A DNA stretch of 64,000 nucleotides, from assembly GCA_964612055.1 (NCBI GenBank), contig CAZTBI010000003.1, positions 40,268 to 104,267 on the forward strand, read 5' to 3'. Below the pieces are notes generated by a model. That model ran no database searches. It was given only the letters and a program-made list of their open reading frames with translations, and was not told the origin of the DNA. Below are positions 8,845 through 18,478 of this stretch, in pieces (positions within the stretch are counted from its first letter, which is position 1; every line of letters begins with the position of its first letter). The stretch comes from an uncultured Bdellovibrionales bacterium (GTDB taxonomy: Bacteria; Patescibacteriota; Minisyncoccia; Moranbacterales; UBA1568). A program made the translations under genes and the position numbers.

Positions 8845-8891
8845 AATATACCCTCTGGGGGTATATTACACCAAGAGTCAAATCTGGTCAA
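8845..8891 (-). promoter_or_regulatory. Promoter with overlapping CsoR-type operator
   Basis: TTGACC-17-TAATAT; palindrome AATATACCC-N5-GGGTATATT (8845-8867) covers -10 and start site. Confidence 0.8.
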
Positions 8892-8922
8892 GAGGGACTA
8901 AAAAGAATACAAGAGGCAAGTA

Positions 8923-9065
8923 TTTTCTCTTCCCAAGAATTCTCTCAGGCGAGCCTGGAGCCAAAAGCATGGCCTTTCCCACCTCGGGAAAGTTTTGGCG
9001 GAAGATTCAGAAAAAATCACGCTGGGATTTTCTCGGCATGAGAGAGTTGCTTGGGAGCGAGAAGG
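8923..9065 (+). other. Long branched stem-loop element in murD-csoR spacer
   Basis: TCCCAAG/CTTGGGA, AATTCTCTCA/TGAGAGAGTT, GCCAAAA/TTTTGGC, TTTCCC/GGGAAA. Confidence 0.6.
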
Positions 9066-9087
9066 CTATACCCCCTAATTTTTGACG

Positions 9088-10491
9088 TTACAGCGCTTCC
9101 ACCGCTTTGCGAAATTGTTCCCCACGGTCAAATTCGTTCTTGAAAAGCCCGAAACTGGCCGCTCCTGGCGAGAGGAGAACGACGTCTCCAGGCTCTGCTC
9201 CGCGTGTCGCCAATTCCACTGCTTTTTCCATACTTTCCACCACTTCAAAAGATCGTCCCTTTTCCTCTGCCGGCAAAAGATCCTGCAATGCCTGAAGTAA
9301 CTTCTCTGTCCCTTCTCCTTTGAAGAGCACCAATCCTTTGGAGCGGGTCAAAATTTCTTTGGCAAGCGAAGTAAAGTCGAGACGCTTGTCGCTCCCACCG
9401 GCGATGAGAATGACTGGTTCCGAAAAAGAACGGAGTGCCGCGACAGCAGCATCTGGAATAGTGGCCGCCGTATCATTGTAATAGACAATGCCCTTTTTCT
9501 CAGTAACTTTTTCGAGACGATGCGGAACTCCCGGAAAGTTTTTTATTCCAGCTCGCACTTCCTTCACCGACAAACCAGCAGCTAGCGAAGCGAGAGCGGC
9601 CAAAAGGACATTGGAAGTATTGTGCTCCCCTTTGAGAGGGATATCAGCAAGTGGTAGAAGAACACTTTCCTTCCCTTGCTCGGAAACCAAGAGGGTCTCA
9701 TCAGCAAGCCACGCTCCATCTCCCTCGATACCGTGTTTCACTGAAGAAAAAAGTATGGCTCCCGGAGCGTCCTGTACCATCGTACGCGCCTCTTCATTAT
9801 CGAAATCAGCGATTACGATATCACTTGGCTTCTGAAAACGAAAGATGTTTCCTTTGTCAGCTTGGTAGGCCGCCATTGTCTTGTAGTAATTCAAATGATC
9901 AGGATAGATATTGGTCAACACCGCGATGTGCGGACTTTTCTTTAGTGACGAGAGCGCCGAAAGACGCCACGAAGAAAGTTCGAAGACGACTACGGAATCT
10001 TTGATCACCCGATCGAGCATCGAAAGTACGCCCACCTGACTGATACCAACCCGCACCACTTGCTTCCCGGCCTGCTCGAGAATGTGGGCAATGAGAGTAG
10101 CAGTCGTTGTTTTTCCTTTACTCCCCGTCACACCAATAATCGGCGCTTTACAGAAACGAAAAAACAAACTGGAGTCCATCTCCACGGGGATGTGATGATC
10201 CAAGGCCAATTTCACGTATTCATTGGTCCAAGGGATAACCGGATTCTTGATCACCATGTCGACTCGAGTGAAATCTTCCGGTCGATGCTGACCCAAGACA
10301 TAGGTAACGTTCTTGTAGGAAGTAAGTTTTTTGAGTGACGGCGCCAATTCCTCGCGACTCTTGATATCAGTAACGATGACCTCCTTGGCTCCCTCTCGTA
10401 CCAAATACTGCACCGTCCCGACCCCGCCCATGTTTAAACCGAGTCCGAAAACGGTAACGCGCTTATTTTTGAAAAAAGATTCTGTAGCCAT
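9088..10491 (-). CDS. murD: UDP-MurNAc-L-Ala:D-Glu ligase
   Basis: GVTGSKGKTTT, ELSSW, DHLNYY, HRLE, YYNDTAAT, LSPGAASF. Confidence 0.96.
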   Translation of the reverse strand: MATESFFKNKRVTVFGLGLNMGGVGTVQYLVREGAKEVIVTDIKSREELAPSLKKLTSYKNVTYVLGQHRPEDFTRVDMVIKNPVIPWTNEYVKLALDHHIPVEMDSSLFFRFCKAPIIGVTGSKGKTTTATLIAHILEQAGKQVVRVGISQVGVLSMLDRVIKDSVVVFELSSWRLSALSSLKKSPHIAVLTNIYPDHLNYYKTMAAYQADKGNIFRFQKPSDIVIADFDNEEARTMVQDAPGAILFSSVKHGIEGDGAWLADETLLVSEQGKESVLLPLADIPLKGEHNTSNVLLAALASLAAGLSVKEVRAGIKNFPGVPHRLEKVTEKKGIVYYNDTAATIPDAAVAALRSFSEPVILIAGGSDKRLDFTSLAKEILTRSKGLVLFKGEGTEKLLQALQDLLPAEEKGRSFEVVESMEKAVELATRGAEPGDVVLLSPGAASFGLFKNEFDRGEQFRKAVEAL

Positions 10492-10548
10492 AAGAGCCTC
10501 TAGTCTCTCATATCACCGCCCTTTTGTCACGCCCCAAAGAAGTGGCTT

Positions 10549-12138
10549 TTATGAGCCGAAAAATCCCCGTTTCTGACGAAGTACCAGGCCATTTCTCGCG
10601 CCTATTTTCCCATCTTCGTAGGCAAGAGCGCCGTTTACAATCACATGAGAAATACCAACTGGATACTGATAGGGATCTTCCAGTGTCGCCTTGTCTTCTA
10701 TAGTCTCTGGATCGAAAATCACGAGATCAGCAAAGTAGCCTTTTTCCAGAATACCTCTCTTTTCCAAACGAAACTTGAGTGCTGGCTTGCCCGTCATCTT
10801 GTGTACCGCCTCCTCCCATGATAGAGCTTTTTCCTTACGCACGTACTCTGCAAAAACCTTGGGGAAGGTTCCAAAATTTCTTGGATGTACCAAATCACCA
10901 GTATCAGCATACGACTTGTTATACCCGACACCGTTACTCGAGATAATAGAAAATGGATGCTGCACGGCTTTCAAAACGTTTCTTTCCGAAAGTGCCTCAA
11001 CAGAAACAATCGCTCGGCCATCACTCGCTAAAAGAAGATCGAGTACCACTTCTTCTGGAGACTTCCCCTGCAGCTCTGCGATCTCAGAAACCTTGCGCCG
11101 CGTCATCATCTTTGAAAGCGTCGAAGAGGAGATAAAAATCTGAGAGTAGTCATGGGAGTTTTTGTGCATATCACGCAGTACCGAAAGGTATGTCTGACGA
11201 TCTTTCAGATGCTCAATCATCATCTTGCGACCATGCTGCGTCACCCACTCCGGAAGAAACGTGTAAAGCACTGATCCGGTCGACGTATATGGATACACAT
11301 CGAAGGTCACTTCAATATCATTGAGCGCAGCGGTTTCGATCAAATTAAACACTTCGTCCATGAGGTGCCAGTTTTTCTCACCAACAGCCTTCAAGTGAGA
11401 AATATGGATTGGCGCTTCTGATTCTCGCGCCACCAAGAGTGCCTCCTCCACTGCTTTGACCAAATTCTCCTCTTCATCACGAACGTACGTAGCATAGACG
11501 CCACCCAAGTCAGCTGTTGTCTTGGCTAAGGTTGTCAGTTCACGAGCGCCAGCACCACGAGCATGCGTGTAGCGAAGACCCGTCGAAAACCCAATCGCTC
11601 CCTCCTTGAGAGCGCCTTTCAAAAAACCACGCATCATTTCAATTTCATCAGGGGCAATAGCCCGCGTCTCATCCTTAAGGGCGCCACGACGCAGCGTACC
11701 ATGACCTACCAATGTAGCAAAGTTCACCGATGGCGCACGTTTCTCCACTTCCCGCAAAAATTCCTCCATCGAAAGCCAGTTGAAATTTATCTTTTCTACG
11801 TCCGTCCACTTCTGGATAGAGCGGATGACCTCTGGACGAGCCAGTGGCGCCAAAGAGGATCCAGAATTTCCCCCGATAATAGTCGTGACTCCCTGAAAAA
11901 GCATACTTTCAAGTAATGGATTCGAAAGAAGCTGCCAATACGTATCGGAGTGGTTGTTGACGTCAACAAAACCGGGAGTCACATATTTTCCGGCAGCATC
12001 GATTTCTTTCTCCCCTCGGGCATGAGAAAGATCACCGAGCGCGACAATCTTGTCTTCGCTTAGGGCGATATCAGAGCGATACATCGGCCGACCACTACCA
12101 TCGATAACGGTGCCGTTCCGAATGAGGATGTCGTACAT
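10549..12138 (-). CDS. N-acyl-D-amino-acid deacylase homolog, probably catalytically altered
   Basis: VTPGFVD, GHGTLR, HISHLK, DVYPY, HPRNFGTFP, ADLVIFD; several ligands substituted. Confidence 0.85.
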   Translation of the reverse strand: MYDILIRNGTVIDGSGRPMYRSDIALSEDKIVALGDLSHARGEKEIDAAGKYVTPGFVDVNNHSDTYWQLLSNPLLESMLFQGVTTIIGGNSGSSLAPLARPEVIRSIQKWTDVEKINFNWLSMEEFLREVEKRAPSVNFATLVGHGTLRRGALKDETRAIAPDEIEMMRGFLKGALKEGAIGFSTGLRYTHARGAGARELTTLAKTTADLGGVYATYVRDEEENLVKAVEEALLVARESEAPIHISHLKAVGEKNWHLMDEVFNLIETAALNDIEVTFDVYPYTSTGSVLYTFLPEWVTQHGRKMMIEHLKDRQTYLSVLRDMHKNSHDYSQIFISSSTLSKMMTRRKVSEIAELQGKSPEEVVLDLLLASDGRAIVSVEALSERNVLKAVQHPFSIISSNGVGYNKSYADTGDLVHPRNFGTFPKVFAEYVRKEKALSWEEAVHKMTGKPALKFRLEKRGILEKGYFADLVIFDPETIEDKATLEDPYQYPVGISHVIVNGALAYEDGKIGARNGLVLRQKRGFFGS

Positions 12139-12170
12139 AATTTTCTAAGTATCTATCTCAAATCTCAACG

Positions 12171-13229
12171 CTATTTCTCTGCTGATTTTTTCTCTGCTTT
12201 CGAAACTACCTGTTCAATCTGTTTCATGAACTCCTTATCTTTCTGAAGAATCTTTGGTACCAACAATCCGATATCAACGCTTTCCTTCAATTCCTGCACC
12301 TTTTCCATGGCACCACTTTTTGCTCGAGAAAGCATCTCATCATACCCCTCCATCTGTGGTAAAGCGAAACGAACATTGCGATAATCAGCCCGGATACCAG
12401 CCACCACCACTTTGGCCGTTCTCATCTCCGGAAGCATTTCCGAAAGAGCGCTCCCTGAGTTACGACTACTCTTCACAGAGGCAACTTTCACGTTGAAATC
12501 CTCATCCTTCTTGAGGTTAGCGTCAGCATAGTGCATGGCATAGGCCGGATCAACTTTGGCTACCTCCAACATGAAAGGTTTATCCTTCTTGGCATTGGCC
12601 GGCAATCCCTCAAGAACCTTCCCGAGAGAACCCGTCGCCCGCTTCACTTCCTCAAGATAGTGGGCAAACTCATTCCCCGTACTCATGCCAGCTTCGGCAA
12701 TTTGCTCCTGCCCAAAACTTTCGTCAGGGGCGATACCTAGTCCTTCGCGACTCTTTTCTATTTCTGCCTCATTGACAGTATTTTTTTCCGGAACACTTTC
12801 CTTCACTACCACCGGTTCTGGTATTACCTGAGCCACCTCTTCCGCTACCGACTCTTTTTCTGGAGCGGTTGTCTTTTCGGGCTGCTCCGATTGAGGGGCG
12901 CTCACAGTACGAGGACTCTGTCCGGTCAGGGCCGCTAATTTAAGCTCCCAAGTCTTGCGTTCCTCAATCAACCGAATCAATTCGTCATCCGGCTTATCCG
13001 GAGAAATGAACTTGTTCAAACGATCAATCTCTTTTTCAATATCTGTTTTTTCTTCTTCGAGACGCGCTTGCTTTTCCTCCTCCTCTTGGAGTTTCTCATA
13101 CTGTTTCTGCAACTCTTCCAACCGTTTCCGTTCAGCCAATAACTGCAGAATCTCTTCATCAGAAAGTTTACCGAATGAAGTATCAGCTATTTCTGTCAAA
13201 CGACTCTCGTGATCTTCTCCTTTTTTCAT
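12171..13229 (-). CDS. Hypothetical protein: coiled coil, acidic linker and DUF4116-like repeats
   Basis: Heptad Glu/Leu N-terminus; KDKPFMLEVAK, KDEDFNVKVA and KDKEFMKQI repeats. Confidence 0.7.
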   Translation of the reverse strand: MKKGEDHESRLTEIADTSFGKLSDEEILQLLAERKRLEELQKQYEKLQEEEEKQARLEEEKTDIEKEIDRLNKFISPDKPDDELIRLIEERKTWELKLAALTGQSPRTVSAPQSEQPEKTTAPEKESVAEEVAQVIPEPVVVKESVPEKNTVNEAEIEKSREGLGIAPDESFGQEQIAEAGMSTGNEFAHYLEEVKRATGSLGKVLEGLPANAKKDKPFMLEVAKVDPAYAMHYADANLKKDEDFNVKVASVKSSRNSGSALSEMLPEMRTAKVVVAGIRADYRNVRFALPQMEGYDEMLSRAKSGAMEKVQELKESVDIGLLVPKILQKDKEFMKQIEQVVSKAEKKSAEK

Positions 13230-13247
13230 AAAACGCACACGTGATTA

Positions 13248-14249
13248 TCAAACAAGCTCTGCCATTTCAACGAGACGATTCGAATACCCCCACTCGTTAT
13301 CGTACCAGGCGATAATTTTCACGAGATCCCCATCAATGACCTTGGTCAGAGAGAGGTCCACAATGCTGGAATACGGATTCCCGATAAAGTCAGAGGATAC
13401 TAACGGCTCTTCGGTCACAGAAAGTACCTTGCTGTACCGAGCCTCTTTGGAGGCTGCTTTCAAAACAGCGTTTATTTCTTCAACCGTTGTTTTCTTTTTC
13501 AAAACAAAAGTGAAGTCAGTCAGTGAGACGACGATGGTCGGCACACGAAGCGAGTGTCCATCGAACAATCCTTTCAATTCCGGCATCACCTGTGTCACCG
13601 CAATCGCCGCCCCTGTAGTCGTCGGCACAATATTGGAAGCAGCGGCTCGCGCTCGACGGAGATCTTTGTGCGGACCATCCTGAAGATTCTGATCGGCCGT
13701 ATAGGAGTGGATCGTCGTCATAAGCGCTTTGGCGATACCAAACTTGTCATGAATAACCTTGGCTACCGGAGCTAAGGAGTTCGTCGTACAGGAAGCATTG
13801 GAAACAACTGCCTGACCTTTATACTCATCTTCATTGACACCCATGAGAAACGTCGGTACCGAATCATCTTCGCCCTTAGCAGGAGCAGAGAGGATAACTT
13901 TTTTCGCCCCAGCAGAAACATGCTGTGAGGCCCCTTTTTGATCAGTAAACCGCCCCGTACATTCGAGCACCACGTCAACGGCAAGCTCTTTCCATGGCAG
14001 TTTGGTAGGATCAGGTTCGGCATAGACAGGAAATTCTTTCCCATCTACAACCAGTTTCGATCCGTTCACTGACACCTCTTTACGGTAATGACCATAGGCC
14101 GTATCGTAACGGAGCAGATGAGCCAGGACGGAAGGTTCGGTCAGGTCGTTGATAGCTACCACTTCCAGATCATTTTTTTCCAAAGCGATTTTGAAAGCAG
14201 CGCGACCAATCCGACCAAAACCATTAATAGCGATGCGTTTCTTGTTCAT
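13248..14249 (-). CDS. gap: Glyceraldehyde-3-phosphate dehydrogenase
   Basis: INGFGRIGR, SNASCTTN, WYDNEWGYS. Confidence 0.98.
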   Translation of the reverse strand: MNKKRIAINGFGRIGRAAFKIALEKNDLEVVAINDLTEPSVLAHLLRYDTAYGHYRKEVSVNGSKLVVDGKEFPVYAEPDPTKLPWKELAVDVVLECTGRFTDQKGASQHVSAGAKKVILSAPAKGEDDSVPTFLMGVNEDEYKGQAVVSNASCTTNSLAPVAKVIHDKFGIAKALMTTIHSYTADQNLQDGPHKDLRRARAAASNIVPTTTGAAIAVTQVMPELKGLFDGHSLRVPTIVVSLTDFTFVLKKKTTVEEINAVLKAASKEARYSKVLSVTEEPLVSSDFIGNPYSSIVDLSLTKVIDGDLVKIIAWYDNEWGYSNRLVEMAELV

Positions 14250-14268
14250 GACATTTCATAGCTAATGA

Positions 14269-15126
14269 TTAGACCTTGTGGGCACTGCCAAAGGCCAGTA
14301 TTTTTGCTTTCACTGCCTCTTTCACAGCTGTTTGTCCTTTCCCCAAAACCTTACGCAAATCGGTTTCGTCCTCGGACTGAAGCGCTTCACGCAAGCCTCC
14401 GATAAAAGCCAATCTGGTAGCGGTATCGACATTGAAGCAGCTAATCCCGCGCTTGATCACTTCGGCCACACGGCCATCCTCCCAGTCTGAAGCACCATGT
14501 AAAACCAATGGCACCTCTACGAGTTCAGCGATAGAGGATAGGCGCTCATAATCAGCCTCACTTCGTTCACGAAAAAAACCATGAGCATTTCCAATAGCCA
14601 CCGCCAAAGTATCAATGCCGGTTTCTTTGACGAACTGCGCCGCCTGATCTGGATCAGTCATGTACTTCGCCCAGTCAACGGTCTCCATTTGCATTTCCCC
14701 AATATAGGGAACATTACCGAGTTCAGCCTGCACAACCACGCCTCGTTCGTGAGCGATTTCAACAATCTTCTTCGTCATCATGAGATTATCGACATAGTCC
14801 TTGCGCGAACCATCATACATGACAGAGGCAAAGCCAATGTCCATAGCTCGGCCCACTACTTCAAAACTCTTTCCATGGTCGAGATGAATCCCAACTGGTA
14901 TTTCAGGGGCATAAAACTCGGCAATATTCTTTGTGAGATGATAGATAGCCCGACCACCAGCATAATCAAAAGTCTTTTCCGTCATCTGAATAATAACGGG
15001 CGAGGAAAGTTCTTTGGCCGCCTCAATAATGGCTCGCGTCGTTTCAAGATTCACGGTATTAAAAGCACCCACCGCGTACCCGCCTGCCTTCGCCTTCTCC
15101 AACAATTCTTTGACGTTTGCTATCAT
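14269..15126 (-). CDS. fba: Class II fructose-bisphosphate aldolase
   Basis: HLDHG, SVMYDGS, AIGNAHG, LVLHGAS. Confidence 0.93.
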   Translation of the reverse strand: MIANVKELLEKAKAGGYAVGAFNTVNLETTRAIIEAAKELSSPVIIQMTEKTFDYAGGRAIYHLTKNIAEFYAPEIPVGIHLDHGKSFEVVGRAMDIGFASVMYDGSRKDYVDNLMMTKKIVEIAHERGVVVQAELGNVPYIGEMQMETVDWAKYMTDPDQAAQFVKETGIDTLAVAIGNAHGFFRERSEADYERLSSIAELVEVPLVLHGASDWEDGRVAEVIKRGISCFNVDTATRLAFIGGLREALQSEDETDLRKVLGKGQTAVKEAVKAKILAFGSAHKV

Positions 15127-15131
15127 ACTGA

Positions 15132-15929
15132 TTATTTTTTATTTTTTTCTTCCTGTTCTGCAGTCGCCCGCTCCTCAAATATATTCATCATTTTCGCTAT
15201 TTCATACGGAAACAAACTCTCTCGCCCGACCAAGACACCATCCATCCCAGCCTCGAAAGAAACTGCCGGCAAAAAAGAACTCTTGACCGATCCACCGTAG
15301 AGCACCGAGATCTTGTCGGCTGTCTCGGCATCAAACATTTCCGAAAGTATCTTGCGCAGCAACACTCGTACCTGGAGAATTTCTTGTGATGTTGGCAACT
15401 GATCAGTACCTATCGCCCAACGCGGCTCGTACGCAATCATAATTTTCTCTGCCTGCAACTTTGAAAGGTCAGCAAAAATACTCTGCACCTGAAGAGAAAG
15501 GATCCGGTCAGTTTCTTCAGCGTGCCTCTCTTCTTCGGTCTCGCCAATACAGACAATAGGAATCAAGAGATTCTTGAGAGCGGCCGATATCTTTTTCTTC
15601 ACAATTTCATTGGTTTCTCCTAAAATGGCACGCCGCTCGCTATGCCCGATGATAACCGCTGTCACGCCAGCGTTCTTCAGCATCAAGGGAGAAATTTCTC
15701 CCGTATAGGCACCACTTTTTTCCCAAAAGACATCCTGCGCCCCACACTCTATGCCCTTGGGAAGATGAGAGAAATCAGAAAGATACAGAAATGGCGGACA
15801 GAGAGTAGTTTTGACATGGCGATACGCATGATCTTTCAACTCTCGCTTCAAGACGGCGATATACTGAAGCGCCTCCTCATGAGAAAGCATGTTCATTTTC
15901 AGATTTCCGACGACATGGAACGTGCGCAT
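15132..15929 (-). CDS. tpiA: Triosephosphate isomerase
   Basis: GNLKMN, GHSERR, AYEP.WAIGT, YGGSV. Confidence 0.95.
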   Translation of the reverse strand: MRTFHVVGNLKMNMLSHEEALQYIAVLKRELKDHAYRHVKTTLCPPFLYLSDFSHLPKGIECGAQDVFWEKSGAYTGEISPLMLKNAGVTAVIIGHSERRAILGETNEIVKKKISAALKNLLIPIVCIGETEEERHAEETDRILSLQVQSIFADLSKLQAEKIMIAYEPRWAIGTDQLPTSQEILQVRVLLRKILSEMFDAETADKISVLYGGSVKSSFLPAVSFEAGMDGVLVGRESLFPYEIAKMMNIFEERATAEQEEKNKK

Positions 15930-15934
15930 AGATT

Positions 15935-16966
15935 TCAGAGGCTACTTAATTTGGAACGGAGGTATTCGGCTGCCACTTCCGGCTGAAGAGTTGAGACCTC
16001 AATCCCTGTTGAAAATTCAAATCCTCCCCAATTTGCGGTATGAGGCAAAATCTCAATATGCCACTGATAATGCGGGTAATCCTTACCATCACAAGGAGCG
16101 GTATGGATATAGAAATTGTAGGCAGGATCATTTAAGCCCAAGTAGAGAGATTGGAGCGCTTTTTGGAGTGCCTCAGCGGCTGTAAACTTCTCTTCTTCTG
16201 TAATGCGCTCAAAATAGGGGTTGTGACGCTTCCCAACTACCCAAACTTCAAATGCCGCTCGAGAAGCAAAGGGACAGAAAACGACAAAGTGCTCATTCTC
16301 AAAAATCACCCTTTCTTTGCGTTCCTGCTCATACTCCACCATCACATCATACACATGGTGCTTGTTACTCTTGTAATAACGAGCGGCTCCTTGCAGTTCT
16401 GATTCAATATAAGGAGAGACCACCGGGATGGCCATGAGCTGTGAGTGCGGATGGGCGAGTGATGCCCCAGCCTCCTTACCGTGATTATGAAAAAGTTGAA
16501 TATAATTAACACTCTTTTTATTCATGAGATCCAGGTAGCGCTCTTGATAGGCATCAATCACCTCAGCCACCTGCCAAGTGTCAAGAAGTGCTAGTGATGT
16601 ATGAGCATCTCTCGTAACAATCACTTCATGATACCCCACTCCAGACATAGCAAAATATGGCCCCTGAGAGAGCTCTTTCACCTGCCTGCCTCGAGAAAAG
16701 GCTGGGTACTTATTCGGAAAAACCCGCAGACTCCAATCACCATCTTCGCGACGATACACGAGCACGTCTTTCTCCTGTCCACTCTCTTCCGGATCTTCAA
16801 AAGGATCAATCTCATCACGAGCTATAATGCGTTCCGACTGAACAAAAGCATCTGGACGCTTGGCGCGACCAGTCGCAATCACTACCCAATCACCGGTTAC
16901 GATATCCTGACGTAACTCTGATTCTTGAGAACTCTTTTTCGTTTTTTCTGCTGTTTGTTCTGTCAT
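15935..16966 (-). CDS. galT: Galactose-1-phosphate uridylyltransferase
   Basis: ELRQD, RAKRP, NKYPA, GASLAHPHSQ. Confidence 0.92.
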   Translation of the reverse strand: MTEQTAEKTKKSSQESELRQDIVTGDWVVIATGRAKRPDAFVQSERIIARDEIDPFEDPEESGQEKDVLVYRREDGDWSLRVFPNKYPAFSRGRQVKELSQGPYFAMSGVGYHEVIVTRDAHTSLALLDTWQVAEVIDAYQERYLDLMNKKSVNYIQLFHNHGKEAGASLAHPHSQLMAIPVVSPYIESELQGAARYYKSNKHHVYDVMVEYEQERKERVIFENEHFVVFCPFASRAAFEVWVVGKRHNPYFERITEEEKFTAAEALQKALQSLYLGLNDPAYNFYIHTAPCDGKDYPHYQWHIEILPHTANWGGFEFSTGIEVSTLQPEVAAEYLRSKLSSL

Positions 16967-17026
16967 TTTTTTGGTTTTTGTTTACCCTGATCCGTAAGCT
17001 TGCGGATGTCGAAGGGTTGCCTCAAT

Positions 17027-17791
17027 CTACTGTGCCCGTTTCGTGTACTCTGTGATACGGTAGGCTCCAGAGAGCAATCGCCACTTGGTCTTGAAAAGAT
17101 CAATGAGTACCTGAATGAAACCATTCGGGCCAGTGAGAGAGACTGTCGAGCCTTCTTCATTCATCCAGCGCACCGGCATCTGCTTCACCTTGAACCCCAG
17201 TTTGAGCGAGAGAATGACGAGTTCAAAATCAAATCCGAAACGATCAACCACCATACGACTGGCTACCTCGTGAGCCGCTGTACCAGAAAGCATTTTGAAC
17301 CCACACTGGGTATCAGGATAATTCCAGAGTCCGAGGACGATACGAATCAACCAGTTACCGCCCTGACCCAAAATTTCACGATGCTTGGGCTGATGCACCT
17401 GAATGAAAGAGCCTTCTGCTTTCCGAGAACCAATAACGACATCACAACCTGCCTCGAGCTGTGGTAAGAATGTCTCAAGATGCGTAATCGATGTCGAGCC
17501 ATCTGCATCAAGGAAAACACAGTACTTGCCCTTGGCTTCGAGAAGTCCCTGACGAACGACATATCCCTTGCCATGATTTTCGGTATTCTCAATGACCCGC
17601 AAACAGGGCACTTGCAGAGCATAGTTACGCGCCACTTCCGCCGTATTATCGGGAGATCCATCTACGACCACCACGATCTCGTAGGTATAGCTCTTGCTCT
17701 TCAAATACTTATCGATCTCGAGCAAATTGCGTCCGATACGCTCTCCTTCTTTGTACGCCGGAATAACAACTGAAAGATAGGGTGTTTCCAT
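17027..17791 (-). CDS. GT2 polyprenol-phosphate glucosyltransferase-like
   Basis: SVVIPAY, GKGYVVR, DADGS, DTQCGFK. Confidence 0.88.
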   Translation of the reverse strand: METPYLSVVIPAYKEGERIGRNLLEIDKYLKSKSYTYEIVVVVDGSPDNTAEVARNYALQVPCLRVIENTENHGKGYVVRQGLLEAKGKYCVFLDADGSTSITHLETFLPQLEAGCDVVIGSRKAEGSFIQVHQPKHREILGQGGNWLIRIVLGLWNYPDTQCGFKMLSGTAAHEVASRMVVDRFGFDFELVILSLKLGFKVKQMPVRWMNEEGSTVSLTGPNGFIQVLIDLFKTKWRLLSGAYRITEYTKRAQ

Positions 17792-17880
17792 AGAAAAAAT
17801 AGCGGGTGAAAAAGTTTCCGAATCACGTCTTTATTGTAACACAAAACGAAACCCACTGCACTGCTTTTCTCGCCCTCTTC

Positions 17881-18279
17881 TTACCTTTTTTCAAGCCAAG
17901 ACTGAAGAATAATCCGAGCCGCCTCTGTATCATCCTGAGAAGAAACTTGAGAGTACCCCTGGGCAATGAGGTTACTCTGGGCCATTTTTGACGTAAACAT
18001 CTCATCCTGATACTCCACGGCTACTTCGAAGCGTTCCGATATACGTTTTCCCAGTTTTTCACCTTCGTGATCCCCCTTATAAGTGTCACTTTTGTGTATT
18101 CCAATAATCACTGTTCCGACTTCTTCCTTTTGAAGAAGCGCTCCAATCTCTTCCAAAAGCCCCTCATCATTTTTGAGAACCCCATAAGGAAGCGCTATAC
18201 CGGTTTCCTCATGCGCCAAAGCGACCCCCACTTTGGAGGAGCCCCAATCAAGCCCGAGATAATTCTTTGCGTCATTCAT
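17881..18279 (-). CDS. ruvX: YqgF/RuvX family nuclease
   Basis: LGLDWG..VGVA, DEMFTS, AARIILQSWL. Confidence 0.9.
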   Translation of the reverse strand: MNDAKNYLGLDWGSSKVGVALAHEETGIALPYGVLKNDEGLLEEIGALLQKEEVGTVIIGIHKSDTYKGDHEGEKLGKRISERFEVAVEYQDEMFTSKMAQSNLIAQGYSQVSSQDDTEAARIILQSWLEKR

Positions 18280-18294
18280 AGAAGAAAATTGTTC

Positions 18295-18460
18295 AAAGAT
18301 ATTTCTTTTCTGAATTCCTGATTGACGTCGGTAACATTTCTGATGAATGAGCCGCTAGAAATGATTGATTCTCGATGGCTTCGAGTATGTGAGATCATTT
18401 CTCGGTCGAGAGAGTCAGAAATGTTCGACGGAAAGAAAGGGGAAGAAAAGGAATATCTTT
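18295..18460 (+). repeat. 166-bp structured intergenic element, copy 2
   Basis: 163/166 identical to 4013-4178. Confidence 0.95.
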
Positions 18461-18478
18461 GGATAATTTTTACACAAA

